Assembly (NCBI RefSeq): GCF_009834535.1 | Contig: NC_045707.1 | Span: 58,220,001 to 58,284,000 of the forward strand | Direction: 5' to 3' | DNA from: Camelus ferus | Taxonomy: Eukaryota | Length of the DNA stretch: 64,000 bases | Part shown: positions 48,376-61,349 of the stretch, piece after piece | How the letters are laid out: every line of letters begins with the position of its first letter | Numbering within the stretch: position 1 is the first letter of the stretch | Notes under the pieces: generated by a model | Seen by the model: only the letters and a program-made list of their open reading frames with translations | What the model was told of the DNA's origin: nothing | The model's database searches: none | Made by a program: the position numbers and the translations under genes

Positions 48376-50939
48376 CAGGCATACCTCAGAGATATTGTTG
48401 ATTGTTCCAGACCACCATAATAAAGTGAACATTGCAATGAAGCGAGTCACATGAAGTTTTTGGTTTCCTAGTGCCTATAAAAGTTATGTATACACTATAC
48501 TGTAGTCTGGTAAATGTGCAGTAGCTTATCCCTAAAAAAAAAAAAAAGTACGTACCTTAATTAAAAAATACTTAATTGCTAAAATATGTTAACCAACATT
48601 TGAACCTCCAGCAAGTCTTTTTTTTTTTTTTTTTTTTTTTTCCGGCTACTGTAGGGTCTTGCCTCGATGTTGATGCCTGCTGAATAATCAGGGTGGTGGT
48701 TGCTGAAGTTTGAGGGTGGCTGTGGCAATTTCTTACGCTAAGACAATGAAGTTTGCCTCATCAGTTGACTCTCTGACCAATGATTTCTCTGTAGCATTCA
48801 ATGCTGTTTGATATTGTTTTTACGCACAGTAGAACCTCTTTCAAAACTGGAATAGGTCAAAAAAAAAAAAACAAACCTTTAATGAAAAAGAATATGAAAA
48901 GGAATAAAGGTATGTATATGCATGACTGGGACATTGCACTGTATACCAGAAATTGACACACTGTAACTGATTGTACTTCAATTAAAAAAGAAAGGAAGGA
49001 AGGAAGGAAAGGAGAGGAGAGGAGAGGAAAGGAAAATTGGAATTGGTCCTTTCAAACCCTTCCACTGCTTTGTCAACTAAGTTTAGGTAACATTCTAAAT
49101 CCTTTGTTGTTATTTCAACAGTCTTCACAGCATCTTCACCAGTAGGTTCTCTCTCAAGAAACCACTTGTTTTGCTCATCCATGAGAAGCAGCTCCTCATC
49201 CATTCAGTTTTTATCATGAGATTGCAGCAATTCAGTCACATCTTCAGGTTCCACTTCTAGTTCTCTTGCTGTTTCCATGACATCTGCAGGTACTTCCTCC
49301 ACTGAAGTGTTGAGCCCCTTGAAGTCTTCCATGAGGGTTGAGATCAGCTTCTTCTAAACTCCTATTAATGTTGATATTTTGACCTCTTCCCATGAATCAC
49401 AAATGTTCTTAATGGCATCTAGAGTGGTGAATCCTTTCCAGAAGGTTTTCAGATTACTTTGCCCAAATTCATCAGAGCAATCACTGTCTATGGCAGCTAT
49501 AGCCTTACACAGTGTATTTCTTAAATAATAAGACTTCAAAATTGATATTATTCCTTGATCCATGGATTGCATAATGGATGTTATGGGCAGGCATGGAAAT
49601 AGCATGAATCTTGTTGGTATATCTCCATCTGAGCTCTTGGGTGACCAGGTGCATTGTCAATGAGCAGTAATATTTTGAAAGGAGTCTTCTGAGCAGTAAG
49701 TCTTGACAGTGGACTTTAAAAATATTTAGGAAACCATGTTGTAAACATAGGTGCTGTCATCTAGGTTTTGTTGCTCCATTTATAGAGCAGAGGTAGAGGA
49801 GATTTAGCATAGTTCTTAAGGGCCCTAGGATTTTCAGATGGTAAGTGAGCATTGGCTTCAACTTCAGGTCACCAGCTACATTAGCTCCTAACTGACAAGA
49901 GAGTCAGCCTGTCCTTTGAAGCTTTGAATCCAGGCATCGACCTTTCCTCTCTGGTTGTGAAAGTCCTTGGTGACATCTTCCAGTATAAAGCTGTTTTTTC
50001 CTACACTGAAAATCTGTTGTTTAGTGGAACACCTTCAATCATGATCTTAGCTCGATCTCCTGGAGAACTTGCTGCAGCTTCTACATCAGCACTGGCTGGT
50101 TCACCTTGCACTTCTGTGTTGTAGAGACGGCTTCTTTCCTTAAACCTCAGGAGCCAACCTCTGCTAGCTTCAGACTTTTCTCCTGAAGCTTCCTCACCTC
50201 TTAGCTTTCATAGAATTGAAGAGAGTTAGGGCCCTGCTCTGGATTAGGTTTTGGATTAATTAGGTTTAATTAATTAGGTTTTATCTTCTTTCTGGACCAC
50301 TAAAGCTTTCTCCATATTAGCAAAAGGCTGTTTTGCGTTCTTACCATTCAGTTCACTGGAGCAACACTTCATTTCCTTCAAGAACTTTCCCTTCACATTC
50401 ACAGCTTGGCTAACTGGTGCAAGAGGCCTTGCTTTGGTCTGTTTGGCTTTCGATGTGCCTTCCTCACTAAGCTGAATCCTTTCTAGCTTTTGATTTAAAG
50501 TGAGAGACTTGCAACTCTTTCTTTTCCCTGAACACTTAGAAGCCATTGTAGGGTTAGTAATTGGCCTAATGTCCATATTGTTGTGTCCTAGAGAATAGGG
50601 AGGCCTGAGAAGGGGAGAGATGGGGAACAGCCGGTTGGTGAAGCAGTCAGAACACACACAACATTTATCTGTTAAGTTTGCTGTTTTCTGTGGGTGCAGT
50701 TTGTGGCGCCCCAAAGCAATTATGATAGTGACATCCAGGATCATTGATCACAGGTTCCCATAACAAATAAAATAATGAAAATATTGCAGGAATTACGACA
50801 GCATGACTCAGACAGGAAGTGAACAAATGCTGTTGGAAAAAAATGGTGCTGATAGACTTGCTTGATGGCAGGGTTGTAAAAAAAACACAGCATCTGAAAA
50901 GTGCAATAAAGTGCAGTGCAGTAAAACAAGGTATGCCTG
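48376..50939 (-). mobile_element. Tigger1 (TcMar-Tigger) DNA transposon, full length, decayed transposase
   Basis: TIRs CAGGCATACCT... / ...AGGTATGCCTG. Transposase remnants [49 protein letters not shown]...[17 protein letters not shown] and [14 protein letters not shown], interrupted by frameshifts. Confidence 0.96.
48859..49032 (+). mobile_element. Camelid L1 3' fragment nested in Tigger1, with a (GGAA)/(GGAGA) tail
   Basis: gaaattgacacactgtaactgattgtacttcaatt. TSD aaaactggaataggtc 48843-48858 / aaaattggaattggtc 49033-49048. Confidence 0.9.
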
Positions 50940-51400
50940 TGATAGACTTTGTTAAAGCAGTTTTAGTTTATGGAGAAACTGAGTAGAAAATAGAGAATTC
51001 CCATGTACTCCCCTACTCCCTGTAGTTTCCCCCATTATTAACATCTTGCATTGTGTGGTACATTTGTTACAGTTGATGAATCAGTATTGATGAACCAATA
51101 TTAAATAAACTCCATAGTTTACATTAAGGTCCACTCTGTACTTTTTTTGGGTTTTGTCAAATGCATAATGTCATGTATCTGTGTGATCACAGTACCATAG
51201 GGAATAGTTTCACTGCCTAGAGAATCTGTGCTTCACCTGTTTGCACCTCTTCCCCTTCCCCTGGCAACCACTGATGTTTCCACTGTCTCCATACTTTTGC
51301 CTTTCCTAAATGTCTTATAGTTGGAATCCTAAATACAGCCTTTTCAGACTGGCTTTTTGATTTTAGAAACATGAATTTATGATCCCAGCATTTCATTTTT
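50940..51400 (-). mobile_element. L1MC-like 3' end
   Basis: agtttcccccattattaacatcttgcattgtgtggtacatttgttacagttgatgaa. Confidence 0.85.
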
Positions 51401-52871
51401 AAAAATCACATAATAATTGTATTAACCTAATTACCTAAGTTATGCCAGATGACAAACATTTGTTACCATTGAGGAGTTACAGCACAAATGAAGTGACGAA
51501 TCAATGATTATAAAGTGAACAGTTGTTTAGAAGAATATGCCAAGGCTCTAATGGAAGTTCCAAAAGAGGAGCCCCTAAAATATTTTGGTTGATGATATTT
51601 TCATAAAATATGTGCATCTTCATAAGGTGTATGTAATGCTTTGAGAAGATCCTGTTGCTTATTTGATCATGTCAATTAGAGTATGTTTGTGTTAGAAAAT
51701 TAATCATTACTTTCTAGTCCACATTTGTAGCTTTTTATGTGGTTTTTTCCACTAAATATCTGATCAGGTGTTTTCACAAAGAAACAAATCTAATGTTTCT
51801 TTGACTCTCCAGGGATCCTTAGAAAGGGATGTTCACTGATGGATTGGCAAATTGGTACATCAGAAAGTAAACATCTAGAGCTTAAGTGCTCTCTTTCTGC
51901 CTGGTTTCCTTTCTAGATGGCACTATATTTGAATTCAGAGAAGTTACTTCCACCTTCAGCACATAGAACATAATGCCTGTGTTTCTAGTCTATTGATTAA
52001 AACTTTTCCTGTGTCAATGAAATCTATCCCTTCTTCTCCCAGGGGAGGGATTCAGTCTTGAGATTGGTGGAATTTTTTCCATGGTAAATTGTTAGAGAAA
52101 AAGGACTTCAATTATCTTCTTCAACACTTTTCATTTCATTGAATTCAAATTTAAAAGAGTGAACACAGAAGAACTTTAGGCTATCACTGGTTCTGAAATA
52201 ATGATTTGAATGTAATGTTTTCCTTTTTTTACCCTCAGTTTTCCATGAGAGGCTACTTAGTATCCTCAATATTTAGCTCATTGTTTGCTATGCAGAATCA
52301 AGACTGACTTATTAAGAATGTGGTGTGTCTTCAATAAATAATTTCATTTATAAATTATATTTTCTCCTAGATTTGTACTCTAAAATTACAAAATTTGAAG
52401 TTGACTTAAAATTTGGAATTCAACTTACGATAGTCCCTTTTTATTGTGAACTGCAGCTTTTAATGTTATCTCTTCCAATGAATAGTTGAACATAACATGC
52501 TAGAAAATACCTGCTGAAAATTTTGTGTGGGCATAAGAAAGTCAGTTGCAGTAATTGCTGTTATATTTTGTAAATTACTCCCTTTGCAACATTTGAGTCT
52601 CAGGAAGCCTCTTTTTTTATGTCAAGTGGAAATTTTCAGAATGAAACTCAGTAAGAGATATTTTTAGCATTTTGAAACCTACTGATTTTTCTATGAAGAA
52701 TTTTCACTGTTATTGATTTGAATTTTTTTTTTCAGGAAAAATTACTATTACTTTGTGTAACATGTAAGATGGGCATTATAATGGTAAAATGTTTTACCCA
52801 TTTAATTTTATTTTGGTTCCAGGAACAGATTTGATAGTTTCAATTTTTTGGTTTGTTTTTTAATAGACTTT

Positions 52872-52919
52872 TTTAACATTTTTTATTGATTTATAATCAT
52901 TTTACAATGTTGTGTCAAA
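52872..52919 (-). mobile_element. 48-nt young L1 3'-terminus micro-insertion
   Basis: Perfect TSD TAATAGACTTT 52861-52871 / 52920-52930. Confidence 0.85.
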
Positions 52920-55012
52920 TAATAGACTTTATTTTTAAGAGCAGTTTTAGGATCACAACAAAATTGAGTGTAAGATGTAGAGATTTCCTATATATCTCCT
53001 GTCTCTATACTTGCACAGCCTCTCCCATTGTCAACATCCCCTACCAGAGTGGTATTTTTGTTAGAATTGATGAACCTATACAGACACCCAAAGTCCATGG
53101 TTTACATTATGGTTCACTTTTGGTGTTGTATATTCTGTGGGTTTGGACAAATGCAGTGACATGTATCCACCATTATAGCACCATACGGAGTAGTTCCACT
53201 ACCCTAAAAATCCTCTGTGCTGTGTCTATGCAGTTGTTCTCCTGACCCCTGGCAACCACTGATCTGTTTACTGTGTCTGTATTTTTACCTTTTCCAGAAC
53301 ATCATATAGTACCAATCATACAGTTTGTAGTCATTTCATATTGGTTTCTTTCACTTAAGTAATATGCATTTAAGTTTCTTCCATATCTTTTCATGGCTTG
53401 ATCACACATACGTTTTTAGTGCTGAATATTTCATTGTTTGGATGTACCATTTATCCATTCACCTACTAAAGGACATCTTGGTTGCTTCTGTGTTTTGTCA
53501 GCTATGAATCAAGCTGCTGTAAATATCCATGTGCAGGTTTTTGTGTGGAAATAATTTTCAACTTCTTTGGGTAAATACCAAAGAGCATGATTGATGGATT
53601 GTATTTTTAAGAATATGTTTAGTTTTGTAAGAAACTGTCAAACTGTCTTCCAAAGTGTCTGTACTATTTTATATTCCCATCAATAATGAGTGAGAGTTTC
53701 TGTTGCTCCACAGCTTTGACAGCATGTGGAGTTGCCATTGTTCCGGATTTTGGCCATTCTAATAGGTATGTGGTAGTACCTTGTTTTAATTTGCTTTTCT
53801 TTGATGACATGTGTTCCCATCTGTATATCTTATTTGGTGAAATGTCAGTTAACAGGTCTCTGGCCCATTTTTAAATTGGGTTGTTTGTTTTCTTTTTGTT
53901 GAGTTTTAAGAGTTCTTTGTATATTTTGGATAACAGACCTTTTTCAGATGGATCTTTTGTAAATATTTTCTCTCTGACTGTGGCTTGTAAATGTTTTCTC
54001 CCTAACTGTGGTTTATCTTCTTATTCTCTTGACAGTGTCTTGCAGAGCAGAAAATTTTAATTTTAATGAAGTCTAGTCTAGTTCATCAATTATTTCTTTT
54101 CATGGATTGTGCCTTTGGTGTTGTATCTAAAAAGTCATTGCCAAACCCAGAGTTATCTTGGTTCTCTCCTGTGTTAGTTATCTTTTAGGAGTTTTATAGC
54201 TTTAGGTTTTACATTTAGGTATGTGACCCATTTTGGGTTAATTTTTTTTGTGAAAGGTGTAAGGTCTGTGTCTAGATTCTTTTTTTTAACATGTGGATGT
54301 CCAGTTGTTGTAGCACTGTTGTTGAAAAGACTATTTTTGCTCCATTGTATTACCTTTGCTTCAGTTAACTGTCTTTACGTGACTGTGTTTCTGGGCTATC
54401 TGTTTCATTGCTCCTGCTGGTCTGTTCTTTTGTCAGTACCACACTATCTTGATTACTGTAGGGTTATTGTAAGTCTTGAAGTTGGGTAGTGTCAGTCCTC
54501 CAACTTTGATCTCCTTCAATATTGTGTTGTCTGTTCTGGGTCTTTTGCCTCTTTATGTACATTTTAGAATCAATTTGTTGATATCCACAAAATAACTTGC
54601 TGGGATTTTGATTGGGTTTTCATTGAATCCGTCAATCAAGTTGGGAAGAACTGGTGTGTTGACAATGTTGAATCATTCTAACTATGAACATGGGATACCT
54701 CCTCATTTATATAGTTCTTCTGATGTCTTTCATCATAGTTTTGTAGTTTTCCTCATGTAGATGTTGTACATATTTTGTTAGATTTAAACCTAATACTTCA
54801 TTTTTGGGAGGAGCTAATACAAAAGTACTGTGTTTTTAATTTCACATTCCACTTGTTCCTTGCTGATATGTAGAAAAATGATTGATTTTTAAAGTAATAA
54901 TCATGTATTCTGCAACCTTGCTATAATTGCTTATTAGTTCTGGAGTTTCTTTGTTGAATCTTTTGGGTTTTCCACATAGGTGACCATGTCATCTGTGAAT
55001 AGTTTTCTTTCT

Positions 55013-55073
55013 TTCTTTTTTTTTTTTTTAACATTTTTTATTGATTTATAATCATTTTACAATGTTGTGTCAA
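55013..55073 (-). mobile_element. 61-nt young L1 3'-terminus micro-insertion
   Basis: TSD tgaatagttttctttct 54996-55012 / tgaatagttttatttct 55074-55090. Confidence 0.85.
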
Positions 55074-55504
55074 TGAATAGTTTTATTTCTTCCTTTCCAA
55101 TCTATAAACATTTTATTTCCTTTTCTTACTGCATTAACTGGGACTATAGTTTTGTTTTTTAAGTTTAAATTACCTGATTCCATGGTAATCTCTGAGGATA
55201 CTTTTAAAAACAAGCAAAGGAAAAACCCTTTTGTAATTTAGTAACTTTCCTGCATTTTTCTTTTAGACCTTGCTTACATACTATCAATGAGTTCTTTAAT
55301 TGTTGTTGTTGTTGTTAAAACTATTTCTGTTGTTATAGTGGGGGAAAATAATGAAAGTTTGCTTTACAATTACAAGTTGTGATTGACAACTTTTGTTTCT
55401 TTCCTATTTCAAACAGACATCTAGCTTTAGTTTTTTGTGCACACAGGTTAAACATATTGGCTTTTTCTTAGAAGAGTAATCCATTAAAAACAATAACTTT
55501 CCCC

Positions 55505-56035
55505 ATGGTGTTAATCCTCACTAAGCTACATCCTCCCCCCCCAGGACCTCTTTATAATCTTAAAAATAATTGAAGACCCTAAAGAGTTTTTGTTTATGTG
55601 TAAATATTATTACATCTACTATTGTTTACTTTATTAGAAATTAAAACTAAGAAAATTTAGAAATATGTTATTTATTTAAAAATAATAATAAACCTATTGC
55701 ATGTTTAAATAAATAACATTTTTGTGAAAACTATTGTCCAAAACAAAAACTTAGAAGAGTAGCATATTTTTACATTCTGTGAATCTCTTCATTGTCTGAC
55801 TTAAAAATATACAGCTGGATTCTCATAGCTGCTTTGTCATTTAGTTTGTCATGGTATCATTTATCATGTAGCGTCTGAAAGCGTCATGTTCACTTATGAG
55901 AGCAAGAGGGGAAAATAAAGCAAGTAACACTTTAGTATTATTGTAATGTAAAATATTTTTTACTTTGCGATTCTCTGAAAGGGTCTTGGGGACCCATAGA
56001 GGGTGCCTGGACTGTGCTTTGGGGACTGCTGGTCT
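55505..56035. mobile_element. hAT-Charlie MITE (MER119-like)
   Basis: caggacctctttataatcttaaaaataattgaagaccctaaagagtttttgtttatgtg...ctttggggactgctg. Confidence 0.6.
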
Positions 56036-56125
56036 AGCTCCATTTTTTTAGGGGTTGCAAAATGGTGATATTCTAATTCTTTCATTCCATTGTAACTTAT
56101 AAGTTGAAATATATATATTTTTAAA

Positions 56126-56172
56126 TCTCTGTATTGTTCCAGTTTTAGTACATGTGCTGCCAAAGCGAGTAC
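56126..56172 (-). pseudogene. U6 snRNA retropseudogene, 5' 47 nt only
   Basis: Reverse complement GTACTCGCTTTGGCAGCACATGTACTAAAACTGGAACAATACAGAGA matches U6 nt 1-47 at 42/47 positions; lies within an old L1MC fragment (~56035-56270). Confidence 0.92.
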
Positions 56173-58374
56173 TGAAGTATTTTATATAGAGAATTTTTAT
56201 CACTTACCTAGTTACCTGGAGATATGGTTTGTACAAATAAGGTAGGCTACATGCTTGGTTCTTTCCCTTTAGAGAGATAGAAGCTTTATTGCATTTGTTC
56301 TACCACGTAAGAAAAAGAGAGGACCGTGATGCCCCCTTGTACTAATTTAAACCATTTCTTCCAGGTAGATACTCCTGCAGGGGAAAGAAAGCCCTCTGCT
56401 AATACATTTGAGTTGCCTTCTTAAATTATTGAGGTGCAGTTTGTATCTTACAGGTTGCTTATTTTAGTAGATATCATATAACATTATAATCTCTTAAAGA
56501 AACTGCTTGAAGAGTATAAAAAGAATTGGAAGCATCCAAGTTATCAGATGCTTTTACCTATTTGTCTCCTTATAGAAATTTTGTAAAGATTAACAGGATA
56601 ATGTCTGAATGGTTTAAAGTTCTTGTATATTGTGAGATATATTACTGTTATGGGATGTTAAGCTTTGCTGCAGTTTGATTTTAGAAAACTGAACTTTCTA
56701 ATCTACTTCCAGAATTGCTTCCAAAATTTGAGCACTTTTGAAGCAAGACTGGGAGTTGTAAGCTGTCATAAATGATAAAATCCAGAGACTGAAACTTGGA
56801 ATGGAATGAAGTCTGGAGAGAGGAGATGTATGTCAGAGTAGTGTAAGCAATAGATTAATTAGGCATAATAAAATTTAATTTCTTGTTCTTAACACAAGTA
56901 AAAGAGGGAGGTCGTCTTAATTTCTTACTTGTGTGTACTTGAGATGAAATGTAGAATCAGTTTTTCTGTACTTAATTTTTATTTTAATTGACTTCTGGAA
57001 TTTTTACGATACAATAGAAATATGTTGAGATGAGTTTATTGAGCCAGCCATCTGTAGATCTTAAAATATTTGGCAGTTTAAATAGCCATTTAATGTGAAT
57101 TAGAAGTGAGAAGGATGTGAATTGAATGATGGAAAGAAGCTGAACTAAACAGAATAATCTGTCAGCAAAATAAATCTTTTCCTGTTAGACTTAATCTCTT
57201 ATTGTTTTTGGAACTGATAAAAATTATTTTAGAGATTAGACTTTAATAGCATAGTTGTGGTTTGAAGGTATCTGTTTTAGATTTATTTGTATGCTGTAAC
57301 AAAAAATTTAATTCGAGTAATTTTTACATTTATAAAATTTCTTTGAAAATTACTTTTTTTTTTTTTTTTGAGACTCTTATGAGTAACCACCATCATTCCA
57401 TGGAAAAAGATCTCAGTTTGGAAAAGTTAAATCTTTTCTTTCATTGTCCTAATCTGTTTTTAAAAAATATTTATTGGGGGTATATATCAAACCTTTTAAT
57501 AGTTAAACCCTAACGTATAAATATTGTTGATTTTTGGAAAAATATTTGGTGAACTGCCCCTCCTTCCTAGAAATTAAAGAGGAACTTTCCAGTTGTCAGT
57601 GATGAATGCAGTGACTGAATGTTCACTCCAAAGTTAAAAAAAAATTTAGTTTACATAAGGTAGTATAGTAGATGCATATTGACTGTGCTCACACAATTAT
57701 AAGTGAGTGTTTCGTTCTCATTCTTTTTTTAAAGTATAAACCTTGGACCTTCATAAAAAATGCTTACTTTGACCTTGAAATAATTTGGTGTCATTTAGTA
57801 CTTTCTTTTAAATGTTGCATTAGAAGTGTTGACTTTCTGGAAAACAATATATGACCCAAAATAGGCTAATGCCATGGGTTTAAAAACATAAACAAAAATA
57901 TACTTTCAGGGCATGTTCCAGTAAATATAGTTAGTCAAAAAATTTGGTAGTTGTGGTTTATGGTAATTAATGATCTAAAAGCATGACATGACCCTAAAGG
58001 GCCAACATTTAGAGAAGACTCTAAGGTAGTAAAAAACTTTCTCTTTGAATTTTTAATTTATAATATAACTTCTTTAATTGAGGGAGGTTTTTGCAGAGGT
58101 GTGGTGAAAAAAGATCATTCTAGCCTTCCTTTTTTGAATCTAAATCTTTTTGAGTGATGAAAACTCACTTCAAAAAAAATTGAGGGGCTAGTTGTAGGCC
58201 CCAGCCATTGAACTAGTGGCCTCTGGTGACTATTTTAAGACCTATTTTTTGATTATGAAAATAATCATTTATGAAAAATAGGTAAATATTGTCCTGCTAA
58301 ATTTCTCACTAGGTCTAGTTATTTTTAATACAGCTTTTTGTTTAGAGTGTAAAATGAACTACTTTCTTATGAAC

Positions 58375-58723
58375 TGCTGTTGACTACATGTTTATGTCCC
58401 CCTATTCTTCCCCTCCAATTCAGTATGTTGAAACCTAATTCCCAGTGTGGTGGTATTTGGAGGTGGGGTCTTTGGGAGGTGATGAAGTCATGAAGTTGGA
58501 GCACTTATGAATGGGATTAGTTCTCCTACAGAAGAGGTTCCGGTGAGTTACATTGCCCCTTTCACTGTGTGAGGAGAGCAAAGAGACCTCTATCTGTGAA
58601 CAACCTGCCAGGGCCTTGATCTTGGACTTTCTAGCCTCCAGAACTGTGAGAAGTAAATTTCTGTTGTTTATAAACCACCTAGTCTATGATGTTGTGTTAT
58701 AGCAGACCAAAGGGACTAAGACA
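58375..58723 (+). mobile_element. MLT1A-like solo LTR
   Basis: TG...CA termini, TSD TGAAC/TGAGC, motif gccttgatcttggactttctagcctccagaactgtgagaagtaaatttctgttgtttataa. Confidence 0.9.
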
Positions 58724-61349
58724 TGAGCTATTACTCCCTTCAACAGTTTCATATTTGCCAAGACTTAGAACTTTTCCTGGAATGTGTATTTTCCATATGC
58801 TTTGTAGTTGGATCTATCTTTGTCAATTTATTGCTTTATAAACACATAGCCTAGTTAATTTTACATTCTTAACTGAGGTGTTAGTAAATAATTTATTTCA
58901 CTTATAAATTGCTGTGTTTAAAGTTTACACTAGCCTACTTAAAACAAATTTATTAAGCTTTAGTTGCCAAAGAATCACTAAGGGAGATTTATTAAGTCTA
59001 GGATAGGACCTATGAATCTATATTTTAAAGATTTCACCAGGTAATTTTGATCAAAGTGGACCATCAACAATACTTTTGAGAAACATTGATTTACAGAATT
59101 TATTAATAGCTTCTTGTTAACTAAAACAGATTACTCAGTTCGTCTCTGGTTTATTTTTCTTGACTTTCATTTTTAAAATCCTACTTTTTGAAAAGATTTC
59201 TCAGAGTTATTAAACATTTAGTATTTTGCCTGTGAAGGTATAGTGAAGAAGCATTGAGAAAATGCTACTTAAAAAATGTTATCCCTAATCATAAGGAAAT
59301 GATAAAAATGATAGCATGTTGTTATTGTAAGTAAAAATAACTACCACTTATCTGGGTATTCTTAGTTGACAAATTTTTTGGGTAAACACTATTTAGTCCT
59401 GAATTTAAAGCTAGGTAAGTGAATCTCCATTTTACTTATGAGAAATCTGTACCTGCTCCATTTAACACAAGTAGTAACTGATGATACTGAGATTAAAATC
59501 CAGTTTTAACTAATTTCTGAATCCATCTTTTTAAAAATTAATATCATTAATAATTAATATTCCATAATAACTGGATAGGTGTTTGGTAATATGGGGCTTG
59601 CTCCCTTGGTTTTGCATTGGAACCCCCCAATGGCTTACTCTCTACCATATTTTTGGTATTACCATAATATGGAGATCTGCTGAGATTCTTGTTGGTGCCC
59701 TGCCCATTTTTCCTATCTCTCTTACGGTTTTAAATGTTGATTCACGCATTTTAAGCTGTTTCTATATTTATCTTCTGTCCTCTAGGAATAGACCTGATGG
59801 GAATGGGTGCCATCTTATGACTTTACAGTTTGCAGATGCATAAATGGATTTTATGTGATTTAGTTTAAGCCTTCATGGATTTCTTACTCTGAAATCCCCA
59901 AGAGCTGGGCTCCTTCTTTCGTGTTTATGTGTGAGTAATGCTTGTGCCTTACAGAAAGGATAAAGGGAAGAAAGTTGGACTGAATCTGAATTCTAGTTCA
60001 GTTTGATAATGTGATTTGTCCACTAGTGAATGGGCCAGAATGAGAATGTGAATGGAAGTAAGAGGTTAGTGATCCCAGGCTTCCTAGATTTCCCCATATG
60101 GAGATAGGACTAGATACAGAAGAAATATACAGGCTAAAGACTAAAAGATTTTTGACTTTACTGTAGCTGTATGATTCTGTGTATTTACCTATCTTCTCGG
60201 ACCTTTGATTTCTTTATTAATTAGAATACTTCTCAACGTAGTTATTTCTAATATCACAGCATATTAAAGGGATTATTGTGAGAATCAAATGAAGAGTTAT
60301 CTATAAAACCTATTTTGTTAAAAGTAAAGTGTTATCCCTGCAAATGCTTTTTATCACTGTTTCCCGTCTCAGCTGTCTGGATCTTTTCAGCTGTATTATA
60401 CTTACTGAGATTTTTCTGTAATTCAGGTAGCATTTCAACTTTTTTTGAGAAGGCTGTTTTTTAGTTTGAAAATCTTTTCTACCATTTTCTCGAGTGACAA
60501 CATTTGGGCTTTTGTTTGAGATATTTTTATTTATTAAAGTTTATTGCTTTTGCATTTTACTTTCTGAATAGGATTATCCAGGCAGTAACTCTTCTATATT
60601 ATAATTCCCTGAATCCTATTGACTCTGAGCTCTGCTTGAGGTATGCCCTTAATTGATCATATTCTCTTTTACGAATAACACATGGGCTTTTTCATAGATG
60701 CTTCCTGAAACAAATGTTTTGTGTAGATATGAGGAACATGGTGAGGGGAGGGGGCTTTGGTTTAACGTAACATAATAATGTAGAGGCAGCATCAAACTAC
60801 GTAGTTAACAAATTTCCTGGTTCTTATAGGGCTTTAAGTTAAAGTGGTACTGATAAAAACATTTTTTTTAGAAAGTAAATAAGAAAATATCTTCATATAA
60901 CTAAAAGTGAAATATCAACTTAAATATATTAATTTTTAAGAGTTACCTGCCCCTGGTAAAATTTCAGATGGTACAGGCAACCACTGTTATTTTTTTGTGT
61001 AGCTTCCAGGGATATTCTCTACTTTTGCCAACAAATATGTATGGATATCATCAGAGATTCTTTCTTTCAAGGCTGATAATAAATACTGTCATGAATTTGA
61101 AATCTTTTGTAAGTTGTCTAGTTAGAAATGTTATGGTTAAGAGTATGAAATACAAGTTCTAAAGGGCAGATTTTTTCCCCTTAGCTGTAAATATATATAT
61201 TTACTATATATATTCTCTACTTTGTATGATTTCATCTTTCTCAAAGTTCAATAAAATGCTTTTAGACTATCCTACTAGATAGACCAAGTCTGGATTTTAG
61301 GGAGGTGACCTGGCCCAGAGATGACAATTTGGAGCTAGCTGGTCTATGG

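Larger units (their letters stand above)
52860..55146 (-). mobile_element. L1MC-like element (3' UTR and ORF2 remnant) carrying two micro-insertions
   Basis: atagactttatttttaagagcagttttagg 3' end and antisense ORF2-like sequence to ~55140. Confidence 0.9.

Noticed and set aside
49354..50744. Intact or domesticated TIGD1-like transposase gene
   Set aside because: Frameshifts, stops and a nested L1 insertion; a decayed Tigger1 copy
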